Assembly: GCA_951406725.2 (NCBI GenBank)
Contig: OX597826.1
Coordinates: 55,676,001-55,740,000 of the forward strand
Length of the DNA: 64,000 nt
Direction of reading: 5' to 3'
From: Octopus vulgaris
Taxonomy: Eukaryota
Shown one piece after another: positions 13,894 through 26,980 of this stretch (position 1 is the stretch's first letter; each line of letters begins with the position of its first letter). The translations under genes and the position numbers were made by a program. Under the pieces are notes generated by a model that was not told the DNA's origin, made no database searches, and worked only from the letters and a program-made list of their open reading frames with translations.

Positions 13894-14329
13894 TACATAC
13901 ACTCACACATACGCACACAGAGATACATATTGGAATTATATCGGAATTATATATACAAGATTAATTATCATAACCTATACAATACGTATGTTTATTATAT
14001 AGTACATATTCTACGGACGTTAGGAAGCACATATAATGAAACTTTAAACTAAACAAATTCAAGGACTATTGAATTTCTCATATTTTCACTCTCTACCTTC
14101 TCTGTTCAAATTTCACATGGTTCAACTTGTCTTTCCTTTCATCGAAATCGCTAATATCTGCCTGTGTACGTTTCTGCGTGCGCATGTGTGTTTTCCTCCA
14201 GTGCCAAAACTTACAGCATACCAGCTATTCTAACATTAATCTCTCTTCAAATGATAATATTGCTTGGTTAGAAGAGTTCTGCTTTCTACCAATACATGCA
14301 ATGGTTCAATATTAATTTTGATGTGAAGA

Positions 14330-14750
14330 CAGTGGACTGACAGAGTCGTTAGCATGCTAGGCGGTGAGCTGGCAGAAACGTTAGCACGTTGGGCGAAATG
14401 TTTAGCAGTATTTCGTCTGCCGCTACGTTCTGAGTTCAAATTCCGCCGAGGTCGACTTTGCCTTTCATCCTTTCGGGGTTGATAAATTAAGTACCCGTTG
14501 CGTATTTGGGTGGATCTAATCAATTGGCTCCCTCCCCCAAACTTTGGGGCCTTGTGCCTAGAGTAGAAAAGAGTCGTTAACACTCTGGGCAAAAGACTGA
14601 GCATCATTTCGTTCGTCTTTACGTTCTGAGTCCACATTCCGTCGAAGTTGACTTTGCCTTTCGTCATTTTGAGGTTGATAATATAACTATCAGTTGAACC
14701 CGGGGTACGACACGATGTAATCGTCTTACTCCCACCTTCGATATTTAAAA
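14330..14750 (+). mobile_element. SINE group C (14360-14570) inserted into the head of an older group C copy
   Basis: AGAGTCGTTA flanks the young copy at ~14342 and ~14570, and the older copy resumes at ~14580. Confidence 0.8.
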
Positions 14751-15607
14751 TCAACATCAATTTAGAAAATTAATAATTTAAAATCAATTAAAATTAATAT
14801 TAATTTAAAAGTGAACGCTATACAAAAATAAAGAGCATCTAGGTAAGCGACACGATCTGTTCCATCCTTGGATGATACCATGTTATTGGAGTGTCTATGA
14901 TTATGTTTCCTTATGGATTAGCCCCAGGCCTATCATTATGGAATAGAATGAGGATTCTTAGAGATGCATAATTATGTTTTTCTTTGTCCGGATTACTTGA
15001 GTTCTGTCGGTTTTCAGACAATAGAAAAAAGGATAATGAGGTCTCACATTTCAGTGGAAGGGAAGATGATTACGATTGCAACAAAGCTAGCGTTAAAAGT
15101 AAGACAGAGGTAATAAGAAATTCAATTTTCAGTATCTCTGTCATATTGTTCTGCTATTCTTATTATTGAGCACCAGGACGTCCTGTCCCTCATTCGGCAA
15201 AACTCTGGTACACGAAACGGGAAAATCTTGCCTTTATGTATATTTAGATATACTGTATATCCAAAAGTCTAATCAACTTTTAACGATGGTAGACTATGAT
15301 TCGGGTAAGACTTGCCTGTTTGCATGTGATAGGAGGACACAAAAAGACAGAGGATTATTCTTTTACGGGCTTGAAACTTCTTGGCACAGTCATGTCGGCG
15401 TCACCTATTCGGCATCACTGATTCGATACGGATTAATTTGACATCAGACGTTTTAGCGTTTCTCTCGTTCTCTTCCTCCTTATCTCTATCTCTCCCATCT
15501 CTTTCTTCCACCTCTCTTTCTCTCCTTGCTCTCTCCCATATATTTCTTCCGTCTCTCTTTCTCTCCTTGCTCTATCCCATCTCTTCCTCTCTCCTATCTT
15601 TTATCTC

Positions 15608-15654
<47 letters not shown>

Positions 15655-15859
15655 GTTTATATGTGTGAGTAGCAAGTTATGTTTGTATGTACATGTAATG
15701 TCTTTTCTCTCAACCTACCGCTGTCTCGCTGTCTCTCTGTCTCTGTCTCTCTCCCTCTCTGTCTCTCTCCCATTACCCTCCAACCCCCCTCTCTGAATGT
15801 GTATATTTCGCCAGCATCCAAACAACTGCGTTTAATCGCTTCATTTTAAGACCCTACAT

Positions 15860-16880
15860 TTATGAGATGCCCGAAGATTGTAACCATTTCTAATAGTTAG
15901 GATGGCAAACGATATCGGTGAGAGGAGAATCAAATGTAAGCACGTGGAAGCTACGTATAATGATGAATTAAAAGAGCGGTAAATTCCACAAAGGAAAGTT
16001 GACCATAGGTACAGGCGTCGCTTTGTGGTAAGAAGCTTGCTTCCCAACCACATGGTTCTGGGTTCAGTCCTGCTGTGTGGCACCTTGGACAAGTGTTTTC
16101 TACTGTAGCCTCGGGCCGACCAAGGCCTTGTGAGTGGATTTGAAAGAAGCCTGTTGTATATATATGTATTATATGTTTGTCTGTATTTGTCCCACCCACC
16201 ATCAATTGACAACCGATGTTGGTGTGTTTACGTCCCCGTAACTTAGCAGTTCGGCAAAAGAGACCAATAGAATAAGTACTAGGCTTGAAAAGGATAAGTC
16301 CTGAAGTCGATTTGTTCGACTAAAGGCAGTGCTCCAGCATGGCCGCTGTCAAATGACAGAAACAAATAAAAGAAAAAAGAATTCAATCGATTATATCTGT
16401 GCCTTGGAGGGCATTTAACTCAATTAAGGGTCTGCTCTAATCAACGCTAGAAAATTACATACTTGCCAAATTCTTCAATTGTACCGTCCTATCTGCGTTT
16501 TTATGCCCAAATGCGACATGGACTACTACGAAGAGGATAGAACATCGATGCAAAGGCCCATTGAAAGATTAATGCTAGAAACATAACCAAGAGGGGGACA
16601 TTCGAAATGAAATACTTCGAGAACGGAGCAGAGTGAACGGTGTGAACACAGAGTAACAAACGCACAAGGTCAACTGGGTCTGACGGGTTGCAAGGTTCAC
16701 AGACAAGAGATGCACCGATGAAGTTGTCGTGTTGTATCCAAGATATAGGAAAAAGCCGCTCAACGGCGATGGGAATACGATTTAGTCAAGCAACTTGGAT
16801 CAAGATGGGAAAAAAAAAATGGCGCAATCAAGACAAAATTGGAAGCGAAGCGCATTCTAAGCAGCAGTGTATAACATATC
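15860..16880 (+). mobile_element. Degenerate RTE-clade LINE 3' fragment interrupted by a group B SINE
   Basis: Frameshifted translation includes W.AFNSIKGLL, FNCTVL, QR..ER.ML, HIRNEILRERSRV and VARFTDKR, typical of the RTE post-RT region. Confidence 0.65.
16007..16380 (+). mobile_element. SINE group B
   Basis: TGTGGTAAGAAGCTTGCTTCCCAACCACATGGTTCTGGGTTCAGTCC...CCTTGGACAAGTG...CCAGCATGGCCGCTGTCAAATGAC. Homologous to 11478-11947. Confidence 0.9.
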
Positions 16881-17610
16881 TGCTGTTCTAGTCGATATTG
16901 CTCCTCAGAGATATGTGTTTTCGTTTGAATGTTACACACCCACATTCTTGTGGCTAGTAGCGTATGATGTAGCCAGCCAAGTTCCCAGTGAACTGAGAAT
17001 TGCAGATCAGGTGATGGATGGCCATTCACTTAACAGATATTGATAGAACCCTTTAGAAAATTTTACGTGAACGTCGCTGTTATTATTTAGCTTCTCATAA
17101 ATTTGCGGTTTTCTGCCACAATAATCAATAATATTATTAAATTATTTTTACTGATATAATTCGAAAATTTAAACCAAACAACCCCAGCCAAAGAAATAAA
17201 AAAGTATATAATATATATATATATATATAAACAAAATAAAACAGAAAAAAATACGTTGTAAAGTAAATTTCATTTTTATAAGAAGCGAAATACCTCTCTC
17301 TAGCCTGCAGTGAATTTTTAGTTTGATATTTAACAATTTTGTTGTTGCTGTTGGTGTTGTTGCTGCTGTTGTTGTTGCTGTTGTTGTTGTTATTATTATG
17401 TATGTGATTTTCAGACTTTACATGTATTCAGCCTAAAGCTAGAATCAATGAGAACCAGTAACTTCCTACTTGAAGACAGTTCGATATTGACTTAACGCAA
17501 CAGAAAATATGCCTATAACATATCAAGCAGTAATATCGTTTTACATATGAATTCACGCTATCCATTCTATAAATATAACTGATATAACAACCCACGCACG
17601 CACGCGAACA

Positions 17611-17649
<39 letters not shown>

Positions 17650-17808
17650 ACATACACACACACACACACACACTAGTATGTATATGTATGTGCATATATG
17701 AATATATATGTGTATATATACATATGTATATCTGTCTACCTTTCTGTATCCATATCTGTATTTATCTATGTCTAGATGAGCAGATACATAGATAGCTAGA
17801 TAGATAGG

Positions 17809-17846
<38 letters not shown>

Positions 17847-18049
17847 TATAGATAGATAGATAGATATAGAGGGAAGAGAGAAAGAGAGAGATGTATAAGT
17901 GTGCGTGAGTAAATATAATCACATATTAAGTTGGTTACTTTTGACTATATTTTTACATCATATTCTTCTAAATCTTTCGTTCTCATAATACTACCATAAC
18001 TGCTGTTGCTGCTGTTGTTGTTGTTGTTTCTGCTGTTGCTGCTGCTGCA

Positions 18050-18128
<79 letters not shown>

Positions 18129-18129
18129 A

Positions 18130-19620
18130 CTACTCTCGTATTTTCAAATGCTTCAGGTAAGTTTCTTCAGCATCACAAAGTACATCCGCATGTTCTTAGA
18201 CGACTTTGTACGACATTGTCATATGGAGGTACGAATTGTGCTTGTATCCTACCATTTTATCTATTCCACATTTATCTCTTTCTCGTGAATATATCTGTAC
18301 TTTACATGTGTTTGTCGCGATGGTGGTGGTGGTGGTGGGCATGGCTTAGAATTAACGACTGATTGTTTACCAAAGCATTTGTGTCCACGTCTTGTTCTTT
18401 GTAACATTTCAGTTAAAACTATCGGTATTAGTGCTAGTCCTCTTCACAAATTCTTCTAATACAGACATGGTCTTTGTACACTTTTATTTCTGGAGCTACC
18501 TTACTTATGGGTACTCTTTCCGAGATCTCCCTGAGAGGTTTCAAGTCAAAAGCGATTTTGTAGTCGTTCTATATCATACTCAGCCCCCCTTTCTTTCTCT
18601 TCTTCCAGTTTTCATTTGTAACTTTCTTGATCAGTGTTTGCTCTTTCCAACCTTATAAGCCTTTGCAACATCCCTTCTACTTTTTCGTTCGTCCCATGTG
18701 TTTCTTTAGTCTACGATTTTATTGTAGTAAAGATTTCTTTAGTTGCAGGATGGTTGGTTATGGGCTTGTAGATTTTAGTGCTTGCCGCTTCACTTCGTTT
18801 AGGTTGTAAGTTGATTTTCCTTTCACTGAATCAGTCAGGTCTTATCTGTGAGTTCTTAGGTGTACTTGTTAGATATTTTCAACTGACGTTTGGAATCTTA
18901 CTAGATTTTGGCGTTTCTTTCCTTTCTTATATGTTATACAGTATTTAGACTCAGATGTTATGTTCGTAGTATTTTAGCAATATTTTCAGTGTTGATTTCT
19001 TTGCTACACATATTCCTCTCCAAAACTTTTCTATTTCTCTTACAGTTGAAGTTGCATTGATTTCTATTTCAGTTTTATCAGCTTCTTGATAAAATCATTG
19101 TAGATTAGAATCGAAGTGTTTGTCTTCAATGAATCATTGTCGTTTTCCATAAGGACGGGTTCTGGCAGATTATTTCTGATTTGGAGAGACTCTCTTGTTT
19201 CAGGTGATCTTTGATTTCGGATATACCGTACTTCTAAGTCACGTGTCTCTAGTATTGGTATCTCTTCTCGTTTTTCTTTTTTTAGCTTCATTATTCTATT
19301 ATTGACATCATTAACGATTGCGACACCATTCCTAGTATTTTCCTTCTTTCCTTTGTACATTCGTCATACAAAATGATGATTGGATTTTCATATTCACATA
19401 CGAGTAGGTCGCAAAAATACCTACTTTCTTTTATAACTGCAGAGGCCGCTCCATACACTATTTCATGTAGACTGATAATATCAATGTTTGTGCTTGTTTC
19501 AATTTCATTGTTGATCGCAAATCTCACAAATGTGGCTAGTTTATAACTGAGTTTCATCTTGGGAGTTAATTTCGTTGTCCAGAGCAAGATCTGTTTGTGA
19601 TTATTCAATCATATCTAACT
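18130..19620 (-). mobile_element. Old, degenerate R4/Dong-like non-LTR retrotransposon
   Basis: Minus-strand remnants align by eye with the 44980 element (AGAAGG..AGGCTTATAAGGTTGGAAA vs AGAAGGTGGTAGAGGCCTTATACAGCTGGAAA, and GATATATTCACGA vs AATATATTCACAGA). ORF 19291-19608 contains LHEIVYGAASAVI. Abuts a trinucleotide tract. Confidence 0.45.
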
Positions 19621-20648
19621 TTCAACTATGTTGGTCACAATTTTTTTCCACTTATAGAATTTCCTATTCTTAAATCTCCCTCTTAAATCTCACTTTTCTT
19701 TATAACTTTGATTGCATTTTTTTTTAATGATAATCAGTATTCTGCAGTTGTTCCAAGATTTGAAACTTTCGTCTTATTCATTTTATTTGTTTTCACAGGT
19801 TTGTTCAATTTCCGCTCTATAAACCCTAAATGTTTTTTAGTGTTGTTTACAACTCCCCGATTATTCATTGTCAATTGAAAAAACATAATTTCTTTTAAAG
19901 GAATTTCAATTCCATATATTTCGTATATATAAATTTGTTTACGGTTTATAAATTCATATATTTTATATATGTTTTTATTCTTGAACTAACTGCACAGTTA
20001 ATACTTTCAGATAGAGGTAATTATATAAAAAGTATACGAATATATATAAATTATACGAACATATTGTATTTTCGATTTTTTTTTATATATGGTGTTGCTA
20101 TAAAATATAGATGTAGAATAAAAACATATTTCTCTCGTATATATTTCTTCGATTTTACTGTCATAAACACAAAGCTATAGAATTGTACTAGATATATATA
20201 GTCATCGTTTCCGTCGCATAGCTGAGTTCTGCAAGTGTGATTTGTCGGACGTTTTGTGTAAAGTGTCAAACTAACACATACCACTTTTAATAATGATATA
20301 TAGGATGCGTTACATAGTGTGACATTTTGCATACGTGATTGGTGTATTACAATATTATGAATAGCATTGATATGCCTTACCTTTGCATTGCATCTCAATA
20401 GTTTGTGCTATTAGATACATATATACATACATACATACATACATACATACATACATACATACATAAACACACACACATATGTATATATATGCCACTAACG
20501 GATATCTCAAAACAAAAGACTATTAATTAGCATTCAATAATGAGCTTACCAGTGAAGACAAACGATCAATATCAATAAACGTAATCACCAGAAAACATGA
20601 ACACCTAAACATGATCGACCTTACGAGGATGAAAGAGAATTTTATATA

Positions 20649-20799
20649 CTAGCAGAGGCACCCGGCGTTGCCCGGGAATCATATCTTCCTTTACATGTTG
20701 GAAAATAAAAAAGTAAAATATGTTGTATAGAAATTTGTTATTCTAAACTCAGTTTATTCTTTAATTGGGAAATCAATTCTGAATTCATAATACAAAATA

Positions 20800-20891
<92 letters not shown>

Positions 20892-22135
20892 CGAAAATAC
20901 AAAATTTACCACTTTTATGAAAGGAAATAAATTTTACCACATATGTTGAAGGAAATTATCTAAGAGCTTCTGGATAAACAACATTCTTTGTTTTCTGGTT
21001 TGGAGCATAGACAAATAAGTCGTGCGAACTACCTATTATGGAGCAACCAACATAAAGGTGACCATGGGAAAAGCAATACAGTAAATTTCACACTAGGAAT
21101 TGTGTTTGTTTGAACTCAAAAGGCATGTCTGTTGGTTTCATTGGAATTCTTGGGATGAAAACCTCTTATACAGAGGCACATCTAGGGATGATGGTAGCTT
21201 CTGTCACATTAAGTGTAAGGTCTTCACAATCAACCTTATCACATTGCAAAATTTAGGAGGATCCAAATTTCTTAGAAGCATTATTGGGACCCCTACCTTT
21301 TGAAAAAGTTTATGTGGAGGAATTCCTGGTGACTCAAGAGAAATAAGGAACTCTGTTGAGTAATGGACAGCTTGATTTTCATCAAAGACTGAATCAACTG
21401 ATTTGTACTTCTTAATGACTGTTGGAATCTTATTCATTAATTCGTGGTTAATCCTTGCTACTGTCTCATTTTTGGAGCAAGAATTCCCCTTTAGTCTGGA
21501 AAAACCCTGTTCTTCAATTTAGACCTTGAGAGCCATAGTAAATTTCAAAGAATTATGAATTAAATATACTTTATCAATTAAATATACTTTATAAATTAAA
21601 TATACTTTATTGAACATAGTCGAAAAATAAACGTACCAATACATAAATCGGAAAATAATGCTAACCTAAGAAATAATCAACGTTGAACGGTGATTAGTTA
21701 CAGAGATACACCAATAGACATTGCTGCCCAAGAGGCTTTAACATATTTAAAATGACAAAAACTTAATTAAAATGAATGATACGTAAACTAGCAGAGTAAC
21801 ATATCACTAACTATTAGGTTTAGACATCTAAAATCAATGTGGCATGGGAATAAACTAGTGTTGACCAATGTTTATTAAATATGAACCTTAATTATCGAAA
21901 TATACTTTTAAACAAATTTTTAGCATATAAAATTTATGAAAAATAAATTTAGGAAATTTAGGAAAATTATCTGTAAAATACTTATATCTCAAAAACATCC
22001 CAAAAATTAACGAAATAACGGAATAATATAACACTGCAGCTATCATGTATTAGTCACCTACGATTTTTGAATAGATCAAATGACCACGTACTAAATATAG
22101 TGTATAAACTAACATTTTCGTTTAAAAATTATATA
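20649..22135 (-). mobile_element. Internally deleted Helitron carrying a disrupted PIF1-family helicase fragment (20956-21485)
   Basis: 3' end CCCGG-GCAACG-CCGGG hairpin, then CTAG|T. Translation gives ILAPKNETV..IN, HYSTEFLISLESPGIPPHKL..KVGVPIMLLRNLDPPKFCN, VFIPRIPMKPTDMPFEFK and CFSHGHLYVGCS...KTKNVVYPEALR*. The 5' boundary is uncertain. Confidence 0.9.
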
Positions 22136-22142
22136 TAATCTA

Positions 22143-22471
22143 AAAAATAAAGGGAGCACTCTGTCGGTTACGACGACGAGGGTTCCACTTGATCTGGTCA
22201 ATGGAACTAACTGCTCGTGAAATTAACGTGCAAGTGGGTGAGCACTCCATAGATACCTGTACCCTTAATACAGTTCCCAGGGAGATGCAACGTGACACAG
22301 AGTGTGACAGGGCTGACCATTTGAAATACAGGTACTACTCATTTTTAGCAGCCGAGTGGACTGGAGCAACGTGAAAATAAAAGTGTCTTGGTAAAGGACA
22401 CAACACGATGCCGGGAATTGAATTCACGATCGTGAGCCGAAAATCACAACCAGTAAGCCACGCGCCTTCAC
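22143..22471 (-). mobile_element. SINE group A (tail type 1) with 12-bp TSD
   Basis: Homolog of 459-783. ATATATAATCTA occurs at 22131-22142 and 22472-22483. Confidence 0.9.
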
Positions 22472-22561
22472 ATATATAATCTACAAGTAACTGAAAATAA
22501 TTTGAACGAAAACAATTGCAGCGTGGAAGGGGTTAATAAGCCACTTAAGAAACACAACAAA

Positions 22562-23063
22562 CAACAATCATTGTTCGACCATGGTCGAGACAATGGAATT
22601 TACTATGTTACCTATTTCTTTATTACCCACAAGGGGCTAAACACAGAGGGGACAAACAAGGACAGACATGGGTATTAAGTCGATTACATCGACCCCAGTG
22701 CGTAACTGGTACTTAATTTATCGACCCCGAAAGGATGAAAGGCAAAGTCGACCTCGGCGGAATTTGAACTCACAACGTAACGGCAGACGAAATACCGCTA
22801 AGGAATTTACTATGTTACGCCAGACTTCACGGTCCATCATAGCACTACGGAGGTCCTGTTGCTGAATGCCTGTATCCCCTGGAGATTACATCTGGGTAGA
22901 AGAGGGGAAGAGTAGAAATTACCTTGTTTTCAGCTCTACAACAATGTCCAGAAAACTGGACTCTTCTACCTTTCACAAAAAGATGATGCAGGTGGTAATT
23001 TCCCATATATTTGCAGTTTGGTTGGATGACGCTTCCACGAGAGATTCTGAGCTCTCATAAGAT
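22562..23063 (-). mobile_element. RTE-type LINE 3' end, itself interrupted by a SINE
   Basis: Translation LMRAQNLSWKRHPTKLQIYGKLPP..RRVQFSGHCCRAE..YPDVI..TGIQQQDLRSAMMDREVWRNIV..*, ending in a short (TTG)-like tail. Confidence 0.8.
22612..22801 (-). mobile_element. 5'-truncated SINE group C, tail type 2, with 17-bp TSD
   Basis: GGAATTTACTATGTTAC occurs at 22595-22611 and 22802-22818. Confidence 0.9.
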
Positions 23064-23695
23064 GCACAAAAGCCGTTAGATTCACTTCAACATTTAAATT
23101 TAATTTGTCACTTTGAGACCACGACCTATTCACTGAGAAAAAAAGATAAAAGTAAACACCTTCTACGCTGCAATTGTTTTCGTTCCAGCACACAATCTCA
23201 GATCAGGTCACTTGCTGTGCAAGTACATTTCTGTAATTTGAACTAAGAAAGCTTCGAAAGCAAAGACTTAACTCTCCACTTAAACTCTACTCGTGGCCCA
23301 AAAAAAAACCCATTTGTAATCTATAAACCTACCAATTGTAAAACGACAACTTGGCATTCAAAGCTGATTAAATCTAATCATTCTGCATATCTGCAGGGGT
23401 GAGGGTGGGGGAATTTCTACTTACCAACCAGAAATTGCTCCATTTTTTTTTGAAAATTTCAGGAAGTATTCCCAAGCAATAGTTGTACACACTATCAAAC
23501 ATTTATACACACGCACACTTACGTACGTGTTATGTTATTCCGCGTGTGTGCGTATGTGTATGTGTGTGTGCTTGTGGGTGTCTGTGTGGGTGTGCGCGCA
23601 TTTATACGCCTATATATTATACATATAATATTAATATTATACATACAGATTTTATTAATTTATACAGAGAGTGATAGACATACTCACATATATGC

Positions 23696-23699
<4 letters not shown>

Positions 23700-23731
<32 letters not shown>

Positions 23732-23770
23732 ATAGTTAGATAGATAGATAGACAGACATAGAGAGAGACG

Positions 23771-23834
<64 letters not shown>

Positions 23835-23931
23835 CAGACAGACGAAGATATATATACATATATATATGCATAGATAGATACATAGAGAGATAGATACATA
23901 GATTGATAGATAGATAGATAGATAGATAGAT

Positions 23932-23996
<65 letters not shown>
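23700..23996. repeat. (GATA)n/(GACA)n compound microsatellite
   Basis: Directly visible. Similar tracts at 17770-17870, 42710-43095, 50905-51105, 53030-53190, 53545-53625 and 53830-53910. Confidence 0.95.
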
Positions 23997-23998
<2 letters not shown>

Positions 23999-24135
23999 GT
24001 TCAAACGCCACCGAGTCATCTTTGCTTTTCCTCGTTTCGTGGTCGATAAGATAAGTACCAGTAGAGTACTAGGGTCGATGTAAACGATTTACATCCCACC
24101 AAGAAATTGCAGGCCTTGTACCAAAATGTGAAAGG
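23997..24135 (+). mobile_element. Truncated SINE group C
   Basis: GAGTTCAAACGCCACCGAGTC..TTTGCTTTTCCTCGTTTCGTGGTCGATAAGATAAGTACCAG. Confidence 0.75.
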
Positions 24136-24229
24136 AATATTAATTCAACATCAATGAACTATGATATATCAGATATAATGGATGAATATATATTTACAGG
24201 TGTACATATATATTTGTGTGTGAGTGTGT

Positions 24230-24266
<37 letters not shown>

Positions 24267-24270
<4 letters not shown>

Positions 24271-24610
24271 GTATATTTGCCATCTCAATATAGCTAACCA
24301 CTAAGGGTGGGTGTTACTGTAGCTTGTAGCCCCAGGAGAACATCTCCTCCAGCTGGCTATAGGCACACTTTCTGTACCCTATCGGTATTTGCAAAGGGAG
24401 GTCATCCTACCCTCGTCAACCTAAGTGATACGCACGGAATGCAGTTTCTGGGTGATGACCCGTCATCAGCGCACGACAATCACCCGTTTTCGATGAAAGG
24501 AGTCCCAATGCAAATATTTATAGCCTTTTTCCAGTAAATTTTAGTGGTTAGCCATATTGAGATGGCAAATATACCTCACGTTGTCGTGCAGTTACTGTTT
24601 ATACCTCGTT
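24267..24610. mobile_element. Penelope-like mini-element in (TA)n with 38-bp inverted arms and an internal hammerhead motif
   Basis: Arms 24267-24304 and 24541-24578 (1 mismatch). Hammerhead motif on the minus strand at 24431-24475. Confidence 0.7.
24431..24475 (-). ncRNA. Minimal type I hammerhead-like ribozyme (slightly mutated)
   Basis: CGUGCG-CUGAUGA-c-GGGU-CAUC-ACCC-a-GAAAC-UGCA-UUC-CGUGCG. Stem I is 6 bp with 2 G:U pairs and stem II is 4 bp. The triplet reads UUC where GUC would complete a palindromic stem III. Confidence 0.6.
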
Positions 24611-24626
24611 CAGAGATATATTATTG

Positions 24627-24670
<44 letters not shown>

Positions 24671-25019
24671 CATCTATGTGCTCAAACACCCAAACACACA
24701 CACACATACATGTGTATATATTTTCTCCCCCGTCCTCTCTAATTCCTCTTTTCTCCCTTTCGCCCTTTTCTGTCTGTCTCTCTTTCTCCTCCTCTCTCTT
24801 TTTTCTGTGAGCAGCATCACTGGCTGTTCACACGTGACCATCGTCCATCTTTCTTTTCCACACATGATCATCTTTCTTTCCTGCACGGACCTTCTAAGGA
24901 CTGGACGTCTCTTATCTCTCTCTTCTATCTTTTCTCTTTTCAAAGAAAATATTTCTCTCAGCGTTCACTATTTTCCCCTCGTTCAGGTCTAACGACCCTC
25001 CATGTTTATTTTCGTTCGG

Positions 25020-25301
25020 TTTCACTCTGTTTTCACTGTACTGTTTTTGTTCCTAACTTTAACCCTCCATAAAAACAAATTTATTTTGGTAATTATGGGA
25101 GCAACTGTCTTCGAACACTCATATTGTCATTGATTGCTCGAAACGGGGAGTAGATAGACAGCTGACAACTGACGAAGTGTCGTTCTTTGTATTGTTTGTA
25201 TTACTTGTCTTATTTTCCAATTTTTTCTCCTGCTATTTGCGTATTTAACTCATTTGTTTTCGTATATCATGTTGTTTACTGTTGGTAACGTCCTGTACCC
25301 A
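25020..25301 (+). mobile_element. Penelope-like mini-element family P2
   Basis: ATATTGTCATTGATTGCTCGAAAC...GTTTTCGTATATCATGTTGTTTAC..CGTCCTGTACC, ending in (TA)n. An inverted homolog lies at 33811-33978. Confidence 0.55.
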
Positions 25302-25401
25302 TATATGCATATATGTATATATATATATAAGAAACTAATATGTACGTACATGTGTATATGCAGACGTTAATATTTCTGTCTATCAGTCTCTGTTTCTCTC
25401 T

Positions 25402-25436
<35 letters not shown>

Positions 25437-25437
25437 C

Positions 25438-25496
<59 letters not shown>

Positions 25497-26980
25497 CACA
25501 TGCATTGTGCATACATACATTTAAGAATACACAATGCATGCATTCATGTATGCACCCATATATACATAAAGACAAACTTATATACATGTGTGCTTATATA
25601 CACACGTAAACTCACTTCATTCTCAGAATATATTTATACACATATTTGTGATGCAAATTCGGTGATTGCTATAGTGTCTACAAGAAGAATTAAAATGTAT
25701 ATTAATATATCACATTTTGTATAGGCGTGTATATATGTATACAAATGCCTATTTAACAGTATGGAGCATGTCCATGTCCGTGTCTGTATATATATAAGTG
25801 TGCGTGTGAGTATGTGTGTGTGTGCGTGCCCGTATTTGTGTGTGTGTGTGTGTGTGCGTTTGCGTTTCTACGTTTGTGTTTACTTAGATTTATCGATACA
25901 TACGCTAATGCTAGTTTTATGAATAATATGTATTATGTTTACAATGAAAGTAGCCGTCCCTGAATAAACGCTTCCTGGGTTACACGCACCCCCACACATA
26001 TATATATGTCTCTATGTATATATACTTACATATATACACATATATGGGTATATATATATATGTGTGTATTTATATATATATATATACATATCTATATATT
26101 ATCTATACATATATATATATATACATAATATTTATATATCTATCTATCTATCTATCTATCTATTTATCCTTCTATCTATCTCTCCCTCTCTCTATATATA
26201 TATATACATATATACATATATACAAATACATGTGCATACATAAATATATGTGTTCATGTACACATTTATGTACACAAACATTTATGTATGTCTGTAAGTA
26301 TATATATATATGTGTGTGTGTGTGTTAGTGTGTGTCTGTGTATGTGAGTATATGAGTGTTTGTGTGTGTGTGTGTGTGTGTGCGTCTATGTGGATGTGTT
26401 GAATGAAAGAGAAAGGAACCGAGTAATAGTGAAACTTTGATAGAGAAATTATTCAATATTAATGAATTATGCATGTGTTATGTGTTTATATATATATATA
26501 TATACACGCACACATAAACACATAGAGATTTACTATTTACTGCTTACATACCAATACTGACACACACATAAGCGAAAACATACGCATACGAAAATATACA
26601 TATATTTAAATAAGTGTATTTTGTTCGGAAATTTATAAATATAAGATTATATATGTATGAATGTGTTAGTGTTTCTACATATTTATGTATACGTAAGTAA
26701 CTGCCTGTACCTTTATATTTTGCATTTGTAAATACGTATATATACGTATAGATTTGCTGCACATCAATGCAGTTCTTCATCTTTCTATAAACGCTTGTCT
26801 TTATCTCATGTCTACACGCACTTATGTATATGTATTGATAAATATATATGGCTGGAAAATTTCCTCACATGTAGTCATGTAGCCGTACATGTGCGTCTCG
26901 TGGCAATGTATATATGTGCAGACAAGTGTACGACTGTACGTGTGTCTATATATACATACATTCATATACTCTCTCTCTTA

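Larger units (their letters stand above)
22505..23237. mobile_element. Penelope-like mini-element family P3 with inverted arms, split by an RTE insertion
   Basis: AACGAAAACAATTGCAGCGTGGAAGG (22505) is inverted at ~23159-23184. The pieces 22505-22560 and 23064-23237 match the uninterrupted homolog at 28530-28729. Confidence 0.65.
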
